Positions 31,069 through 39,765 of a stretch of DNA of 64,000 nucleotides are shown here, piece by piece. The notes beneath the pieces were generated by a model. It ran no database searches, was not told the DNA's origin, and saw nothing but the letters and a program-made list of their open reading frames with translations. The first letter of the stretch is position 1, and each line of letters starts with the position of its first letter. The translations under genes were made by a program, and so were the position numbers. Source of the stretch: Patescibacteria group bacterium (GTDB lineage Bacteria; Patescibacteriota; Saccharimonadia; Saccharimonadales; CAIOMD01); contig DATKGW010000012.1 in assembly GCA_035510605.1 (NCBI GenBank), positions 47,895 to 111,894 of the forward strand, in the 5' to 3' direction.

Positions 31069-31704
31069 CTAGATGTCTGTTAATCTAGCCTTAATTGTAG
31101 CATAAGCTTCTTGGGGATTATCAGAGTTTAATATTGCCCCGCCGACATCCAATACATCAACGCCGGCTTTGGCAAGTTGCGCAGCGTTGTCGGCATTTAT
31201 ACCGCCGTCCCAGCCGATTTCCAGGTATTTGTGGGCTTCTTTTGCTTCTGATATTTTACTGGTTAGGCTGAAATCTGCCGCGCCACCGTAATGGCCTAAA
31301 TCACCGCTAAAAATTAACAGATGTTGTACATGCGGGAATATATAAGCCACGTCTTTTACTAAAGTATCTTGCAAAATGGCTAATCCGGTTTTAATACCGG
31401 CTTCGCGCAAATTGCTAGCGAATTTTGGTATGTCACAAGTGCTCTCTGCATGCACAATCACCATGTTGGGCTTGAGTTTTATCAAGGTGTCCAGAAAATC
31501 CTGCGGATTACGATACATTATATGGAGGTCGCAGATTGTGCCATCTGGCAGCCATACTTTATCTAGAGTATTACTCTCACCTTTGGCAAAATCATTGTCT
31601 TTAAGATCAATCTGAATACGTTCGGCAAAAGGTTTTACCGTTTCTATCTGTTTTTTATATTCTTCTTCGTCTTTGGCAAGAATCGCCGGGCAGATTATGC
31701 TCAT
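31069..31704 (-). CDS. rpe: Ribulose-phosphate 3-epimerase
   Basis: ICPAIL, QIDLKD, DLHIM, WDGGIN, DVLDVGG; adjacent to transketolase. Confidence 0.85.
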   Translation of the reverse strand: MSIICPAILAKDEEEYKKQIETVKPFAERIQIDLKDNDFAKGESNTLDKVWLPDGTICDLHIMYRNPQDFLDTLIKLKPNMVIVHAESTCDIPKFASNLREAGIKTGLAILQDTLVKDVAYIFPHVQHLLIFSGDLGHYGGAADFSLTSKISEAKEAHKYLEIGWDGGINADNAAQLAKAGVDVLDVGGAILNSDNPQEAYATIKARLTDI

Positions 31705-31751
31705 AAATTTAGCATAGCATTAATTGGCCTTCAAATAATAAAAGTCAAAAC

Positions 31752-32159
31752 TTACAAGTCTTGTTCTTCTAACTGTTGGATCATAAATTTTAGCCTGTTG
31801 CCATCGTTATGGAGGGGATCATTTTTTTGAATCAGCATTGCATCTAAGGGGTGGTACTCTTTGTATACTGCGGCGTGTTCGATCAAATCGTATGCATCAT
31901 TTCTGATTGCCTCAAGTTCAGATACTACTTCTTGAGGGATAGGCAGACCTTGTTCGATATAAAAATCGGCATAATCTTTCAAATCAATCATGAATCTGCC
32001 CTTTTCCATCAACAATTGTCTATAAGTGATTTGGTTGCAATTTCGCAAACCTTCTTGAGCCTTAAAAGTCAAAAATTTAATTTGTTCATAGCAATCCGTT
32101 AAAAATTCGGATGGTTTACTATAGGCTATATGCCCATCATTATTTTCACCTTTTTCCAT
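31752..32159 (-). CDS. Hypothetical protein
   Basis: 135-aa ORF with TATAAT 7 nt upstream of the ATG; no motif recognised. Confidence 0.6.
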   Translation of the reverse strand: MEKGENNDGHIAYSKPSEFLTDCYEQIKFLTFKAQEGLRNCNQITYRQLLMEKGRFMIDLKDYADFYIEQGLPIPQEVVSELEAIRNDAYDLIEHAAVYKEYHPLDAMLIQKNDPLHNDGNRLKFMIQQLEEQDL

Positions 32160-32239
32160 TGCCAGTATTATATCTATTAAAGATGAGAATTCTTTGTGAA
32201 GATACTTACATCTTTTATTACTTTTTAAAACTTGAGATA

Positions 32240-32734
32240 TTAGATAATATCTACTGCCGTTTTGCAGGTTTCTTGCAAACTGCTAAGTATTGGGATTTTG
32301 GGGCAATCTTGTCCTAATCGATGCCTTATATATCTTTCGTTTGGGAAACCTTCTTCTATACCTACGACAACATTAGCCCCAGTTGTTTCATGCTTGACTT
32401 TCCATTCCCCGAGTTCGAACCTTGATGTCTGAGCGAATGGTCTTCCGGGTGTCTCTTTTACCTGTAATGCTAACCAAAAAATTATTGCGCCTACCCTTGC
32501 CGCACGATTTAAGAAATGAGTCTCCCAATCAACTTGTCTCTCATAAACGAATTCACCTTTGGAATAATCTTTTCTAGGTGACGCTACAACTATGCCTGCA
32601 TCTAGGCTATGGATAATTCTTTCTGCTTCGTATTGCCACTTGGGCGCCCCCTGTATTGGACCTGCAAGAAAAACGACTCTATCGTCGTCGTTAAGTTCAA
32701 CTATTTCTGGAGGCTGTATAAATAACTCTCTCAT
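32240..32734 (-). CDS. Nucleoside 2-deoxyribosyltransferase-like protein
   Basis: VFLAGPIQGAPKWQ, SPR, QVDWE, IIFW, TSRFELG. Start set at MRELF (32734). Confidence 0.8.
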   Translation of the reverse strand: MRELFIQPPEIVELNDDDRVVFLAGPIQGAPKWQYEAERIIHSLDAGIVVASPRKDYSKGEFVYERQVDWETHFLNRAARVGAIIFWLALQVKETPGRPFAQTSRFELGEWKVKHETTGANVVVGIEEGFPNERYIRHRLGQDCPKIPILSSLQETCKTAVDII

Positions 32735-32834
32735 TATTTTTGATTTTACGCTGAAATTATTGTGAATTAAAGTAGCAGGCATCTGTTCCCGCTCATGCTT
32801 GCAACGTAACGATTTATGCTCATAATAATGCGTT

Positions 32835-33383
32835 ATGACCGAAGAATTCCCAGGTGAAAGCTCCATTAATCGTAAGATCCGCTTATTAGAAGAAGAAATG
32901 GCGCGACAAGGCGATGGGTGGCGTACTATCGCAATTAGAAAACTATATCAGGTCGAGGGTGAAGTCGGCGGACCTATCATACCGGGTGAATTTGAATCTG
33001 TAAGAATCTATGTTTGTGCCCTTCTTGATTTTTTACATAAAACGACAGATAAAGAAGCTGACGATGATGAGATCAAAGGCCCGCAAAGAGTTTTTAGCGC
33101 CGCTGAAGACCGTAACCTCAGTGGTTTTAATGGAGAGTTGGCAATGGTGCTTGCTCAACGAGATAAATTGGAAAAAGCAGAACATTTACTCGCCGCAGAT
33201 AGCCCAATAAGCCCATTGGACCAAGTTTCTGTCATGTTTGCTATTGCAGAAGGATATATGCGGAGAAACGACAGAGTTACTGCCAATAAATATTTGAACC
33301 AAATTTGTTCTATTACAGGGATGAACCCTTATATTCAGGAGAGAATCTCGCAAGTGCTTGACACACTGCCTGATACTCAGTGA
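32835..33383 (+). CDS. Hypothetical protein with TPR-like helical C-terminus
   Basis: 182-aa ORF; helical pattern (AIAEGYMRRNDRVTANKYL). Confidence 0.6.
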   Translation: MTEEFPGESSINRKIRLLEEEMARQGDGWRTIAIRKLYQVEGEVGGPIIPGEFESVRIYVCALLDFLHKTTDKEADDDEIKGPQRVFSAAEDRNLSGFNGELAMVLAQRDKLEKAEHLLAADSPISPLDQVSVMFAIAEGYMRRNDRVTANKYLNQICSITGMNPYIQERISQVLDTLPDTQ

Positions 33384-33429
33384 TTATATGCTGCTCATAT
33401 CTGCCAGAGTTTTGTAGTAATTATTATCC

Positions 33430-33508
33430 TTGACGCTTACGCCTAACCAATCATAATTAAAAGCAGCAATGTGCGGGCTGGCAACCGCCTTCCTCCGTAC
33501 ATGCTTTT
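33430..33508 (+). ncRNA. Candidate small structured RNA with its own promoter (alternatively a bidirectional terminator)
   Basis: TTGACG-N16-CATAAT (33430-33457), then stem AAGCA..TGTGCGG / CCGTACA-TGCTT enclosing an 18-nt segment with CCTTCCT, ending in TTTT. Confidence 0.35.
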
Positions 33509-33531
33509 ACACAACCTGTGATAGGGGCAAC

Positions 33532-34203
33532 CTACTTTGCCACCGCATCAACCAGATGTTTATCGTTGTTGCGGGGCGAGTTAACATCCTCGCTCACTCT
33601 ATAGATATCCAATTTACCTACTTTGTACGGAACAAGCAGTTTAGATAACTCTTGTTCGCTGTATGCAGGCGCCAGCCAAAGCTCTTCTTGCTCTGGCTCT
33701 AAGATAACAGGCATTCGATTATGAATCGGCTGCATTTCCTTGTTAGGTGTAGTCGTAATTATAGAAAAAGTTAACAAGGGATAATCCTCGGCATCCTTCC
33801 AGATGCTGTATATCCCGGCAAAGGCAAATAGCTTTTGGTCTTTGGGATGGATGAAATACGGCACCTTACGATTTTCGGGCAGTTGCTGCCACTCGAAAAA
33901 GCCGCGGCTGGGTATAAGGCAGCGGTGATTTTGGATAGCGTTTCGCCACATCGAACTCAAAAACAGGCTTTCTGATTTGGTGTTGATTGGCCTCAAACCC
34001 TTGTTTGGGTTTTTAGACCAAGCCGGCACAAAACCCCATTTCATGGGTTCGGCCACTCTTTTGCCTTTTTGCCCGATAATAACCGGCAGTCTTTGGCCCG
34101 GAGCAACGTTGTAATTATCCTCGGCCATAAACTGCGGATGAGTTGCCAGGTTAAACCTAGGGATTATATCTATAACGTCAAACAGCGTGTATCGTCCACA
34201 CAT
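33532..34203 (-). CDS. SOS response-associated peptidase (SRAP/HMCES/YedK), abasic-site protection protein
   Basis: N-terminal MCGRY, YNVAPGQ, WGFVPAW, GFFEW, IHNRMPVIL. Confidence 0.95.
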   Translation of the reverse strand: MCGRYTLFDVIDIIPRFNLATHPQFMAEDNYNVAPGQRLPVIIGQKGKRVAEPMKWGFVPAWSKNPNKGLRPINTKSESLFLSSMWRNAIQNHRCLIPSRGFFEWQQLPENRKVPYFIHPKDQKLFAFAGIYSIWKDAEDYPLLTFSIITTTPNKEMQPIHNRMPVILEPEQEELWLAPAYSEQELSKLLVPYKVGKLDIYRVSEDVNSPRNNDKHLVDAVAK

Positions 34204-34222
34204 ACTTTATATAGGAGCATTT

Positions 34223-34489
34223 ATGAGAGAGAAAATCAATGAAAAAGTTAGTGTAGTTACTGTTTTTAGCGCCAAGCGTCGGGCTGCAGCGCCCTATGTG
34301 GTATCTTGGCAAAATAAGGAGTACAAGGTCGGCGAAATCGGCTACCATCACACCATTAAAGATGGTGAGGTGTTGCACCACATTTACGAGCTGGCCGATA
34401 AAGAAAGTACGCTTTGGATGCGGCTTAATTTTGATACCAGCACCATGCAATGGACCTTGGAGGCAGTTAGCGATGGACTTGCCAGTTAA
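34223..34489 (+). CDS. Small beta-rich protein, putative Y-family polymerase accessory factor (DUF6504 / ImuB-C-like)
   Basis: AGGAG SD, ATG 34223; PYVVSWQNKEYKV...WMRLNFD...WTL; overlaps the polymerase start. Confidence 0.65.
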   Translation: MREKINEKVSVVTVFSAKRRAAAPYVVSWQNKEYKVGEIGYHHTIKDGEVLHHIYELADKESTLWMRLNFDTSTMQWTLEAVSDGLAS

Positions 34490-35711
34490 CTACAACCGGC
34501 CGCTTATGATGCATATCGACCTAAACAGTTGCTTTGCTATTATCGAGCAGCAAGCCAACCCCTTAATTCGGCACAAACCGGTGGCCATTGCCGCTTACGA
34601 CACACCGCGCGGTGCCGTAATTGCTTCTAGCTACGAAGCCAAAGCCAAAGGTATAAAACTGGGCTTAAATGTGCGTGACGCCCGGCTGATAGATAAAAAT
34701 GTGATTGTTTTAATGCCCGACCCACCGAAGTACCGCGATGCCCATAAACGTTTTAAAAAAGTGCTGCTAAATTACACAAATGAGATCAGGCCTAAATCTA
34801 TAGATGAGTTCGAGATAGATTTTAGCGGCTCGCACGCCGTACAGCGCGATATAAGTTTAACGGATATCGGCTACCAGATAAAACAAGATATAAAGCGCGA
34901 AATCGGCAGCTACGTAACGGTTAATATCGGCATTGGCCCAAACCGTTTTTTGGCAAAAACGGCCGCCGGTTTACATAAGCCAGATGGGCTTGATGTAATA
35001 AACGGCGACAATCTGCTGGAGATTTATAAAAGGCTGGAGCTGATTGACCTGTGCGGTATCAATACCCGCTATCAGGCCAGGCTTAATGTAGCCGGTATTC
35101 ATACCCCTTTGGATTTTTTAGGCGCCAAAGCCGAATACCTGCAAAAACAGGTTTTTAAGAGCCGTGTGGGGCTGGATTGGTATTTGCGCCTGCGCGGTTA
35201 TGAGGTAGACAGCCGTATATTCGCCCGCAAAAGTTACGGCCATCAGTATGCCTTGGGCGATAAAACCACCGACCGCCAGAAGCTATCGCGGTTGTTGATG
35301 AAACTCTGCGAAAAAACCGGCCGCCGCCTGCGGGCCAACGGCTACAGCGCCGTCGGGATACATTTATGGCTCAATTTTGCCAACCGCCAGTATTGGGCCA
35401 AAGGTAAAAACACTAAAAGCGAAATGTACGCCACCGGTGATATTTATCTACAAGCCCAAAAGTTGTTGAACCAGGCGATTATCCCTACAAAAGTAACCAA
35501 TATTGGTGTAACTGTTTTTGGTTTGCAGACTTGCAGCCCGGAGCAGCAAGAGTTGTTCAGCGGCAGCCGGCTGGATAAAAAGGCACTGGCCCGCGCAGCC
35601 GACATTGTTAACGACAAATACGGTGAATTTACCCTTGTACCAGCCACTATGGCCGGCATGCAAGATATAATTTTAGACCGAATCGCTTTTGGCAGCATCA
35701 AAAATAATTGA
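34473..35711 (+). CDS. Y-family translesion DNA polymerase (DinB/UmuC-like)
   Basis: GGAGG SD and ATG 34473; HIDLNSCFA, ASSYEAKAKGI, SIDE catalytic motif, LAKTAAGLHKPDG, little-finger domain. Confidence 0.93.
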   Translation: MDLPVNYNRPLMMHIDLNSCFAIIEQQANPLIRHKPVAIAAYDTPRGAVIASSYEAKAKGIKLGLNVRDARLIDKNVIVLMPDPPKYRDAHKRFKKVLLNYTNEIRPKSIDEFEIDFSGSHAVQRDISLTDIGYQIKQDIKREIGSYVTVNIGIGPNRFLAKTAAGLHKPDGLDVINGDNLLEIYKRLELIDLCGINTRYQARLNVAGIHTPLDFLGAKAEYLQKQVFKSRVGLDWYLRLRGYEVDSRIFARKSYGHQYALGDKTTDRQKLSRLLMKLCEKTGRRLRANGYSAVGIHLWLNFANRQYWAKGKNTKSEMYATGDIYLQAQKLLNQAIIPTKVTNIGVTVFGLQTCSPEQQELFSGSRLDKKALARAADIVNDKYGEFTLVPATMAGMQDIILDRIAFGSIKNN

Positions 35712-35740
35712 TTCTGTGCCTAAAAATTACTTGGCGCTAT

Positions 35741-36082
35741 TTAGTCGGTCGTCGCCTCATCGATAATTTCTAAAGTAGATTTGTCGACCGTATACAAATA
35801 TTTATTTAAAATCTGGCTATTTTTATGATAGTTATAGTCAAACACCACCGTAACTTGGCTATCTGAGGTATTCCCGTTCAAATAATATTCTGAGCAATAA
35901 ACAAAATTACTAATTTTTTTGGCTTTTCTGACAAATGAGCAATATTTTGTATCTTTAACAGAATAATTTACGGTTTTATGCTCATTTTTAATAAAATATA
36001 CAAATAGTGATATTGTTACAATTACAGCCACCAAAACTACAGCAATAATAGCTAGTAACTTTTTATTTTTAAAGATTTTCAT
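35741..36082 (-). CDS. Hypothetical membrane-anchored protein (AT-rich)
   Basis: Basic N-terminus plus TM helix; two Cys. Confidence 0.6.
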   Translation of the reverse strand: MKIFKNKKLLAIIAVVLVAVIVTISLFVYFIKNEHKTVNYSVKDTKYCSFVRKAKKISNFVYCSEYYLNGNTSDSQVTVVFDYNYHKNSQILNKYLYTVDKSTLEIIDEATTD

Positions 36083-36185
36083 TATTTATATTTTACACTT
36101 AAAAATTACCTAATTAAAGGCACACAAAGTGCACTTGTGGCATTTGTAAAATTTCAGTTTATACTGAGTTTATAATTGGAGTTTT

Positions 36186-37004
36186 ATGATGGTAGAAGAA
36201 GTCGAGAACACAGAGCTTAAACAACCGCGATCAGAGGCTAAAACCGAACCACAAAAAACCAAAAAACACCGAAAATGGCCATGGATTGTCGGCATCATCG
36301 TCATAATTCTTTTAATCCCTATTCTGGTGCTTGGTTATTTCGGTTTTGTACCAGGAGTTTCCGCCATTATGGGTGCTAATAAAGCAAAAGATTTAGGCAT
36401 ACACTGGACGGCCGCCGATTATGCCAGTTACCAACAAAAAACTGGCGCCCAGTTTTTAAATTTTGCCAACGCACCAGATAACCCAAACCGCCCGGGTAAA
36501 AAATTGGTTTTTGCCGATCCCAAACAGATGGACGTTAATTTAACAGAGCAAGAAATAACCGCCACAATAAATTCGGTTGGCTGGTTGTGGATGCCAATTA
36601 AAAACGCCCAGGTGCGCTTTGGTGATGGCACGGTAGAAATATCCGGCAATGTTAACGCCCAGTATATCCCTAATTTTGTTAATTTTATCGGCTCTGTCGG
36701 TTATCCAGAATCAGAGGTGAATCAAGCCACCAGATGGGCAAAACTTTTAGGTAGCCCGGCAATTTACATCAAAGCCAGCGCATCCGTTACAAATGATGTT
36801 TTAACGCTAAACGTTACCCAGGCAAAAGTTGGGCGGTTTAGTTTACCAATGGATATAACCAGTAATGTTTTAACTAACGGAACCGGTAGTATAAAAACCC
36901 AAGCTACCAGCGAAGGTTACGAGGCCAAAAATGTAACTTTTGCCAACGGCCAGATGCACTTTGTCGGCACCACCCCCACTACTGTGTACGTAAAGAAGAA
37001 TTAA
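36186..37004 (+). CDS. Hypothetical single-pass membrane protein
   Basis: KKHRKWPW plus TM; extracellular beta-rich domain (LTEQEITATIN..NAQVRF) reminiscent of tubular lipid-binding folds. Confidence 0.75.
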   Translation: MMVEEVENTELKQPRSEAKTEPQKTKKHRKWPWIVGIIVIILLIPILVLGYFGFVPGVSAIMGANKAKDLGIHWTAADYASYQQKTGAQFLNFANAPDNPNRPGKKLVFADPKQMDVNLTEQEITATINSVGWLWMPIKNAQVRFGDGTVEISGNVNAQYIPNFVNFIGSVGYPESEVNQATRWAKLLGSPAIYIKASASVTNDVLTLNVTQAKVGRFSLPMDITSNVLTNGTGSIKTQATSEGYEAKNVTFANGQMHFVGTTPTTVYVKKN

Positions 37005-38134
37005 TCTTGTTCTACAAATCCGAAATAATCTTCAAACTTAATTTCATCACCTTTTCCACCATTTCTCTTTAGCCATAAATTAGCTAGGCGGATTACTTCG
37101 TGAGCTTGTTCTTCTGTCTCGATTTCGTCTAGTTCTTCGTTTATAGACCCGATACCCTCCCAAAGCCTGGCCCAAACCGGCATATCAGCAGTTGCATCCA
37201 ACCAATCTCTTGTATAATCACCACCTTTTTCAATATCAAAATCTATACGGAGATCCTCTGATTTTGACATAACAACCGGCAAACTATCTTTGAGAATATT
37301 ACCCAAGTTCCTCCTTTGCGATACAGAACACCAATTATAGTAGTTGACATCACCGTTAGGACGCAAAAACATATAGGGATGGGCTAACTCGTCTTTGCGG
37401 GCGACAAAGCAAACTCTATCATCGCCTATTCGCTGCATAGTTTCTTCCATTCGTAAGAAATCAGCTAGCAAACAATCTGTACCTCCTGCGGCGGTTGTGC
37501 CTGGATTGCTTAGCGTGTCTGCAGATATATAGCTTTTTTTAACTTTTTCTTGATCATCGCCGGCATATTGCAGCCAACCCTGCCGTGCTAGGTCGTCATT
37601 ATATTCGTATATGCGCCAAAACTTAAAATTATGCTGGCACAAAAAGTCATAAAGTGCTGGTATATCACCAGAATTTAAGTTTGTAAAAACAGTATGCCAG
37701 CCCAGGTTTATGCCCCTGTTATTAATGCTATCGGCTAAATTTTCTATGTTATCAAATACCGGTAAGAACTGCTGACTACGTAGTTGCGACTGCCTTGTCC
37801 TATCCGTTGTATCTATTGGTAAAGCAATTTCGTCTACCAAGCCCGTTAGCTCATCTAACCGCTCTTCCGTTAAATACAGGCCGTTGGTGTGCAGGCTTGT
37901 ATATATTCCACCGTCTTTAAGCGTTTTTAAGACATCTTTAATATTACTAGCCAATAAAGGCTCACCTCCACCTAGTACAACTGATTTTATGCCATTCGCG
38001 ACGAGTTCCTTGGCAAGCTTTGTGTCTTGTTCTAAATTAATAGCTTGCTGTACCGCCAATGGGCCAAAACAATAAGAGCAACGTGGTAAATTGCACCCTT
38101 CCCGAAGGAACCAGTGCGTTTGTTCTCCAGCCAT
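37001..38134 (-). CDS. Radical SAM protein, viperin-like branch
   Basis: CNLPRCSYC, GGGEPLL, HTNG, IALPID, HTVFTNLN, WRIYEY, YMFLRPNGDV. Confidence 0.8.
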   Translation of the reverse strand: MAGEQTHWFLREGCNLPRCSYCFGPLAVQQAINLEQDTKLAKELVANGIKSVVLGGGEPLLASNIKDVLKTLKDGGIYTSLHTNGLYLTEERLDELTGLVDEIALPIDTTDRTRQSQLRSQQFLPVFDNIENLADSINNRGINLGWHTVFTNLNSGDIPALYDFLCQHNFKFWRIYEYNDDLARQGWLQYAGDDQEKVKKSYISADTLSNPGTTAAGGTDCLLADFLRMEETMQRIGDDRVCFVARKDELAHPYMFLRPNGDVNYYNWCSVSQRRNLGNILKDSLPVVMSKSEDLRIDFDIEKGGDYTRDWLDATADMPVWARLWEGIGSINEELDEIETEEQAHEVIRLANLWLKRNGGKGDEIKFEDYFGFVEQD

Positions 38135-38189
38135 ATTAATTATATTGTACTATATTTGACGCTATAGCTATTTAATGCTTATGGTTCCA

Positions 38190-38642
38190 TCACAGATTAT
38201 CCAGCTCTTGGTTGCGGCGGATAAACCGCGCGGCATTGGCAAAAGGTGTATTAAGCCAAGCCTCTATTATCACAAAAACTTTTTGGTCGCTTGGTGTTTT
38301 AAACAGTTCGGCGGGCAAGGCAAGCACATTGCTATCTTCGTCATTGCGGGTACATTTGGCTGCTTCAACGTTATAACCCAACCCTGCCCTAATGCCCTTA
38401 AACCGATTGGCAGCCATGGCCATCCCTTGTCCACTGCCACAAATAAGTATGGCCCGCGAATCGGCGTCTTGGCTGCTTAATACTTTATTAGCCGCTTTGG
38501 TGGCAAACACCGGAAAATCATCTTCCGGATTAAACTGCTCGTCGCCAATATCTTCGGCCTCATAGCCGGCCTTTTTTAGATAATTAAGCACTTCTTGTTT
38601 GGCCACATAGCCTCTGTGATCGGCACCAACGTAAATTTTCAT
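38190..38642 (-). CDS. rpiB: Ribose-5-phosphate isomerase B
   Basis: GADHRG, DDFP, ILICGSGQGMAMAANRFKGIRA. Start at MKIYVG (38642). Confidence 0.92.
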   Translation of the reverse strand: MKIYVGADHRGYVAKQEVLNYLKKAGYEAEDIGDEQFNPEDDFPVFATKAANKVLSSQDADSRAILICGSGQGMAMAANRFKGIRAGLGYNVEAAKCTRNDEDSNVLALPAELFKTPSDQKVFVIIEAWLNTPFANAARFIRRNQELDNL

Positions 38643-38646
38643 AGTT

Positions 38647-39711
38647 TTAGGATATGTGAGCTTCCTCTGGCTCCGGATAATTTTGCTTTGTATCACCGGT
38701 ATTTAACAGTCGGCCGACATCAGCCACCAATTCGATGAGACGGTTACTGTGGCCCCATTCGTTATCGTACCAAGCCAGCACTTTTACCAGGTTACCGCCG
38801 ACTACGTTAGTTAAATTTAAATCAATAATTGCCGAGTGGCTGTTGCCGATAAAATCACTGCTGACTAGTTCCTCATCTGTCACAGCCAAAATACCTTGGT
38901 AATAGGCATCGGCGGCGGCTTTTTTGAATACCCCGTTTACTTCTTCTACAGACGTTTGGCGACTTATATCTACCGCAAAATCGGCCAAAGACACAACCGA
39001 AGTGGGGACGCGAACCGATAAACTATTAATTTTACCATCAAGCTCCGGCAGAACCTTTACAGCGGTCGCACTTGCCCCAGTATTGGCCGGTATAATATTT
39101 TCGCTTGCCGCCCTGGAAGTCCGTAACTCTTTGTTCGGCGCGTCTTGCAGACGTTGGTCGGCAGTGTAGCTGTGCACAGTAGTCATCAAGGCCTTTTCTA
39201 TTCCAAAACTATGGTTAAGAATGTCCAGCACAGGTGTAACGCAGTTTGTCGTACAACTACCAACACTGATAATATCTCCACTGGTTTTTAAGCTGTCTTC
39301 GTTAACACCGATTATTATCGTATCGGCTCCCTCACCTTTAGCCGGAGCGCTAATGACTACTTTTTTAGCGCCAGCCGAATCAATGTGGGCCTTGGCTTTT
39401 ACCGGGTCACTAAAGTATCCGGTTGCTTCGATTACAATGTCGACACCCAAATCACCCCACGGTAGTAAGGCCGGGTCGGCCTGTTTTAAAACTTTTATGG
39501 CTTTTTCATCAACAATTATATTTTCATCATTATATGTGACTTTGTGGCCGTAGGTACCGTAAGTAGTGTCGTGTTTTAAGAGATAAGCCAGGGTTCTGGC
39601 GTCAGATATATCGTTGATGGCTACCACTTCTAAATCGCTACGCTCAAAAGCTACTTTAAAAGCATTGCGACCGATACGCCCGAATCCATTTATTGCGACT
39701 TTTGTTTTCAT
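38647..39711 (-). CDS. gap: Type I glyceraldehyde-3-phosphate dehydrogenase
   Basis: INGFGRIGR, SCTTNC, HSYTADQ, RVPT, WYDNEWG. Confidence 0.93.
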   Translation of the reverse strand: MKTKVAINGFGRIGRNAFKVAFERSDLEVVAINDISDARTLAYLLKHDTTYGTYGHKVTYNDENIIVDEKAIKVLKQADPALLPWGDLGVDIVIEATGYFSDPVKAKAHIDSAGAKKVVISAPAKGEGADTIIIGVNEDSLKTSGDIISVGSCTTNCVTPVLDILNHSFGIEKALMTTVHSYTADQRLQDAPNKELRTSRAASENIIPANTGASATAVKVLPELDGKINSLSVRVPTSVVSLADFAVDISRQTSVEEVNGVFKKAAADAYYQGILAVTDEELVSSDFIGNSHSAIIDLNLTNVVGGNLVKVLAWYDNEWGHSNRLIELVADVGRLLNTGDTKQNYPEPEEAHIS

Positions 39712-39765
39712 TCCACCCCTTGTTATCTAATCTTACTTTCTCACTAAACCAAAGCAATATCAACT

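Noticed and set aside
33461-33535. HDV-like ribozyme or known riboswitch
   Set aside because: The TTCCTCC segment resembles an HDV L3 loop, but P1, P2 and P3 could not be built, and no riboswitch consensus was recognised.
33469-33648. 59-codon plus-strand ORF starting MCGLATAF
   Set aside because: Mostly antisense to SRAP and with no recognisable features; likely incidental.
34181-34201. Possible SOS operator near the SRAP / Pol Y divergent starts
   Set aside because: Only short imperfect dyads (GTGT-N7-ACAC) inside coding sequence, not repeated upstream of uvrB or radA.
34296-34472. N-terminal extension of Pol Y in the ORF track
   Set aside because: Overlaps the upstream small gene in another frame; ATG 34473 has a GGAGG SD and sits just before the first polymerase motif.
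36123-36139. Imperfect palindrome CACAAAGTGCACTTGTG between divergent genes
   Set aside because: Single occurrence with no cognate regulator; cannot be distinguished from chance.
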